Assembly: GCA_000934665.2 (NCBI GenBank)
Contig: KZ538539.1
Coordinates: 1 to 64,000 of the forward strand
Length of the DNA stretch: 64,000 nt
DNA from: Catajapyx aquilonaris
Lineage: Eukaryota
Reading direction: 5' to 3'
Numbering within the stretch: position 1 is the first letter of the stretch; each line of letters starts with the position of its first letter. The notes beneath the pieces are model-generated. The model was not told the origin of the DNA and ran no database searches. It saw only the letters and a program-made list of their open reading frames with translations. The translations under genes and the position numbers were made by a program. This document shows positions 60,816-64,000 of this stretch, in pieces.

Positions 60816-63471
60816 AACTGTGACCAATCCTGCAAGTAATTTTTCATTTACGTGAAAGAGACATTTATATGTGTTCATTTGATATCAAAAACATGGATTT
60901 GAACACATTGAGTCATATGTAACTAAATTAAAAATGATGAAAAGTGTATGGAAATGAGGTGGAGCCGATAGCAAGATTAGTCCATTGTGAATTTCATACA
61001 CCTGTGTCAGTATCGGATTTTTTGAACGCATTTTTTTTTACGCTTGTTATCATTGGATCCCCCAAAGTTTATACATAATCTGTGCAACATAGTCCTATGC
61101 CACATTTTCTGGCGAAATGAGTTAAGGCCATATATAGATCCCCAAAGACATGCTACAGCATCTGAGATGAAATTTTCCCGGTCCATAAACAGCTGGCGTG
61201 GGTATACGGGAAGTAGTCTTATCGGATCTGCTGTCTAGCTGCAATGCTAGGTCCCAACACAGTCCTAAGCCACACAATTTCAAAATGGCACTGCAGGGTG
61301 CATTCATGTTGAGTGAAGCATAATTAAAACCTTGTTAGTTGAATTCTTCCCTAGAGTTTCTTTTAACACTTGTACGACTTAATTCCACTTAACTTATGTT
61401 CAACCACTATACCTGTTATACGGGGTGAATTGCATGACACCATTTATCAGCGCTATTAAGTGTTTGACCTATCCATTGATAAGTACTTACGTGACATTTA
61501 CGTTCGTAATTAGAGCCAAACAAATAGCTTCCCCTTTGTTTCATTTTCCTTAGTGGCATGTAGCGTCAGCACTCGAAAGAGCCGGATACTTAACCTGTAG
61601 GACTAATATATATTATTTCTGATTTTTTGGTGCACGGGTCATGTACGTAAACGCTGTGAAATAATTAATTTAAATTGGAAAACATTGACGTATTTGCACT
61701 AGTGGCTGCGGGCTGAGGGGCTAACCCCACCCCGAGCCAACAGATGGCACGCGCGGCGGCGTCGCGCGTCGCCCGTTTTTGCCCAGAGTGTCCCATATTA
61801 GCGAAGCGCGTATATAATATTTGGTAATAGGCCCATATTAAATCGAGTTTAAAACGCAGATTAGAATGGAATGCATAGGATTGAACAGCATTTACTGCTG
61901 CATCGGTTGCGTATGTTTCCCTGATTTTAGCCCTTCTTATTGACATGCCAATTCTAGACTCTCATTTGACTAGCAAGTCGTTCCATTTTCACCAACAATA
62001 TTTCCGTTGCTACGAGACCAAATTCCTTATTTGTTTTACGTATTATGTTCTAGGCACACGCAATTTTACACTCCGCGGCTATAAGGCTAATTTCCTGTGA
62101 AAATCCCCGTACCATATCATTTTGGACGACTAACCCACACTGAGACAAGAATAACGGAACACAATAAGTGACCTTACAGCGGGGTAAGTTCAGATAACTA
62201 ATATGTATAGGCTATAATACCGGGTGTTCCAAATGTCTGGACGCATAGGCAATATTAATGTATTGTACGTATTGTTGGTTGACAACAAACATTCCCGCAA
62301 ACGGCAGTGACAGCTGTGGTCTAGTGGTTTTAAACTTCAGCCATCTATCAGCTATCAGTTCGGAGTTCGATCTTCGTGCCGGGCGAGAAATTGTCTCCTC
62401 CTATGTGGATTATTCCTAGAAGTTCCTCGTAGGTCAGGAATGAGAAACTGATGGTCTGAGTAGGCAACCCACCAGTCCATGACTGCTGATGAGAACGAAT
62501 GTCAATCTCTAACCAGTCCAAATGTCACGTCAATTCAGTTAGACTTACAATGGAAGCTCCTCGAAACACATCCCATAATTATGTGGAGCCTATAATAATT
62601 AAGTAGCATCGCATCGAGGTGTTAGTATCTTACCATTTGCGTGTAGAAACTAGAGACGGGACTATCGATGTATCGATATCGATATATCGATAGATCGGAT
62701 ATCGACGGCTCAAAATTCGATATTTCATGCCCATTAAATTATGATATACTAAATGTAACACTAATTAAACATTCAAATTATACTGGTACTGATTTAAAAA
62801 TAATCAAATTTTGTGTCATTTGAAGCGAATACAAATCATGCCATGTGATGACTACATGTTGGTAACTCACTGTCAGTATTTATCTTGCCCTATTGTTAAT
62901 GTTTGGTTTATGCAGAAAATTAGTAACAGACAGGCCTACAATTTACTAATAAATGAGACATCAGCAATTTGTATGGGGTGTTTTATTTCCAGAAAATCCA
63001 TTTCTTTTTAATATGTCGATGTTATTGAGATAGTTAAGCTGGAGTGTAAATTAAATTAAATTAAATTTTCAAATTGGGACAATTTTTTTCGATGACCCTG
63101 TATTAGATGGAAGTACGAGTACTTTACAATGTGTGAAGTTTTATTAGTACACGGGGCACGCCAGTATTAAATACCATAATTATATAGGATTGCTTGCTGC
63201 TCTCTTTGTGATTATCAGAAATAATGACTACTTTAACAATATTGTCGTTTCTACGAGATCAATTTTGTTATGACATTTAAGCATTTTAGACATAAAAATT
63301 ACACTTCCTCTTAACAGTATCTGTGCTGAGAAGTCCAGCAGCGATTACTGCTCTCCGCAGAAGCTCTAACTACTGCCAGGACACAAGCCATCCTCGTGCA
63401 CCTCTGTATAGGTAAGTTTGTGTCACTGTATAAGATAAGTAATATCAAGAGTTGGTAATATGTGTATAATA

Positions 63472-63588
63472 CTGGGTGACCCAAACGTCTGGACACATAG
63501 GCAAATGTATTGTATAGGTTGTCAACTGTCAACCTGGCAACCGACAATACAATACTATTACCTGTGTCCCGACTTTTGGGTCACCCTG
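63472..63588. mobile_element. Small Tc1/mariner MITE; related end at 62220
   Basis: CTGGGTGACCCAAACGTC / GACTTTTGGGTCACCCTG; TA flanks. Confidence 0.75.
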
Positions 63589-64000
63589 TATTATACGGGG
63601 TGCTCTGCCCAAGTTGACTGTCCAAGATGAGAGCCCAAGAATCTTTATCCTCCTGGGTACAGCTAGGGATTATTTCCATAAGTTCATAGTAGGTCAGTCA
63701 ACGAGAGTAGGCTTCTCTAAATACAGGTTGATCCAAAATATTCATCCCATTGCTGTTGGGCTGTTGTTGTTGGGCACTAAGCAGCTTATTATTAAGCGGT
63801 TACTCTTGCATAGTTACTTCCAGTGGTTATCAAAAGCATTCGCTGCTAATGTTAGGCTGAATTGGGTGGCATATTCAAGTTCTCAATATATTGGAATTAA
63901 CTTCCAATTGCCAAAATTAATGTCCCATTGGAACAACTGGCATCTACCCAAGCGTGAATGATAGAATCAATTTTTGCAGGCCAAACCAACTGCTGCGCAG

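Noticed and set aside
62660..62715. DRE (TATCGATA) promoter cluster
   Set aside because: Follows a TAGAGA.GGG hAT-like terminus and looks like subterminal repeats; no gene start can be linked to it in this window.

Overview
Eukaryotic (animal, most likely arthropod by protein similarity from memory) genomic DNA from a draft assembly with N gaps. I can reconstruct five spliced protein-coding genes with phase-consistent GT-AG exon chains: the first coding exon of a ChaC/CHAC2 glutathione gamma-glutamylcyclotransferase (minus strand, runs off the left edge, absent from the ORF track); TRIM9/TRIM67 E3 ligase (+, 7 exons, 774 aa); ZFPL1 (-, 5 exons, 290 aa); TRAX/TSNAX (+, 3 exons, 312 aa), head-to-head with ZFPL1; and an ankyrin-repeat SOCS-box (ASB-like) gene (+, 8 exons, about 645 aa). 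Introns and intergenic DNA are packed with non-autonomous transposons: more than 20 MITE/foldback elements (Tc1/mariner, pogo, hAT, PIF/Harbinger, Kolobok types), decayed mariner and Buster-type hAT transposases, a Helitron, an RTE-like insert and at least six tRNA-headed SINE families, often nested. The most interesting patterns are SINE heads and tails that occur in mixed combinations, a foldback made of two inverted mariner 5' ends inside TRAX intron 1, and the load of long hairpins in the TRAX transcription unit. I found no prokaryotic-type system (no CRISPR, operon or intact transposase). Family assignments are from remembered motifs, not database searches.
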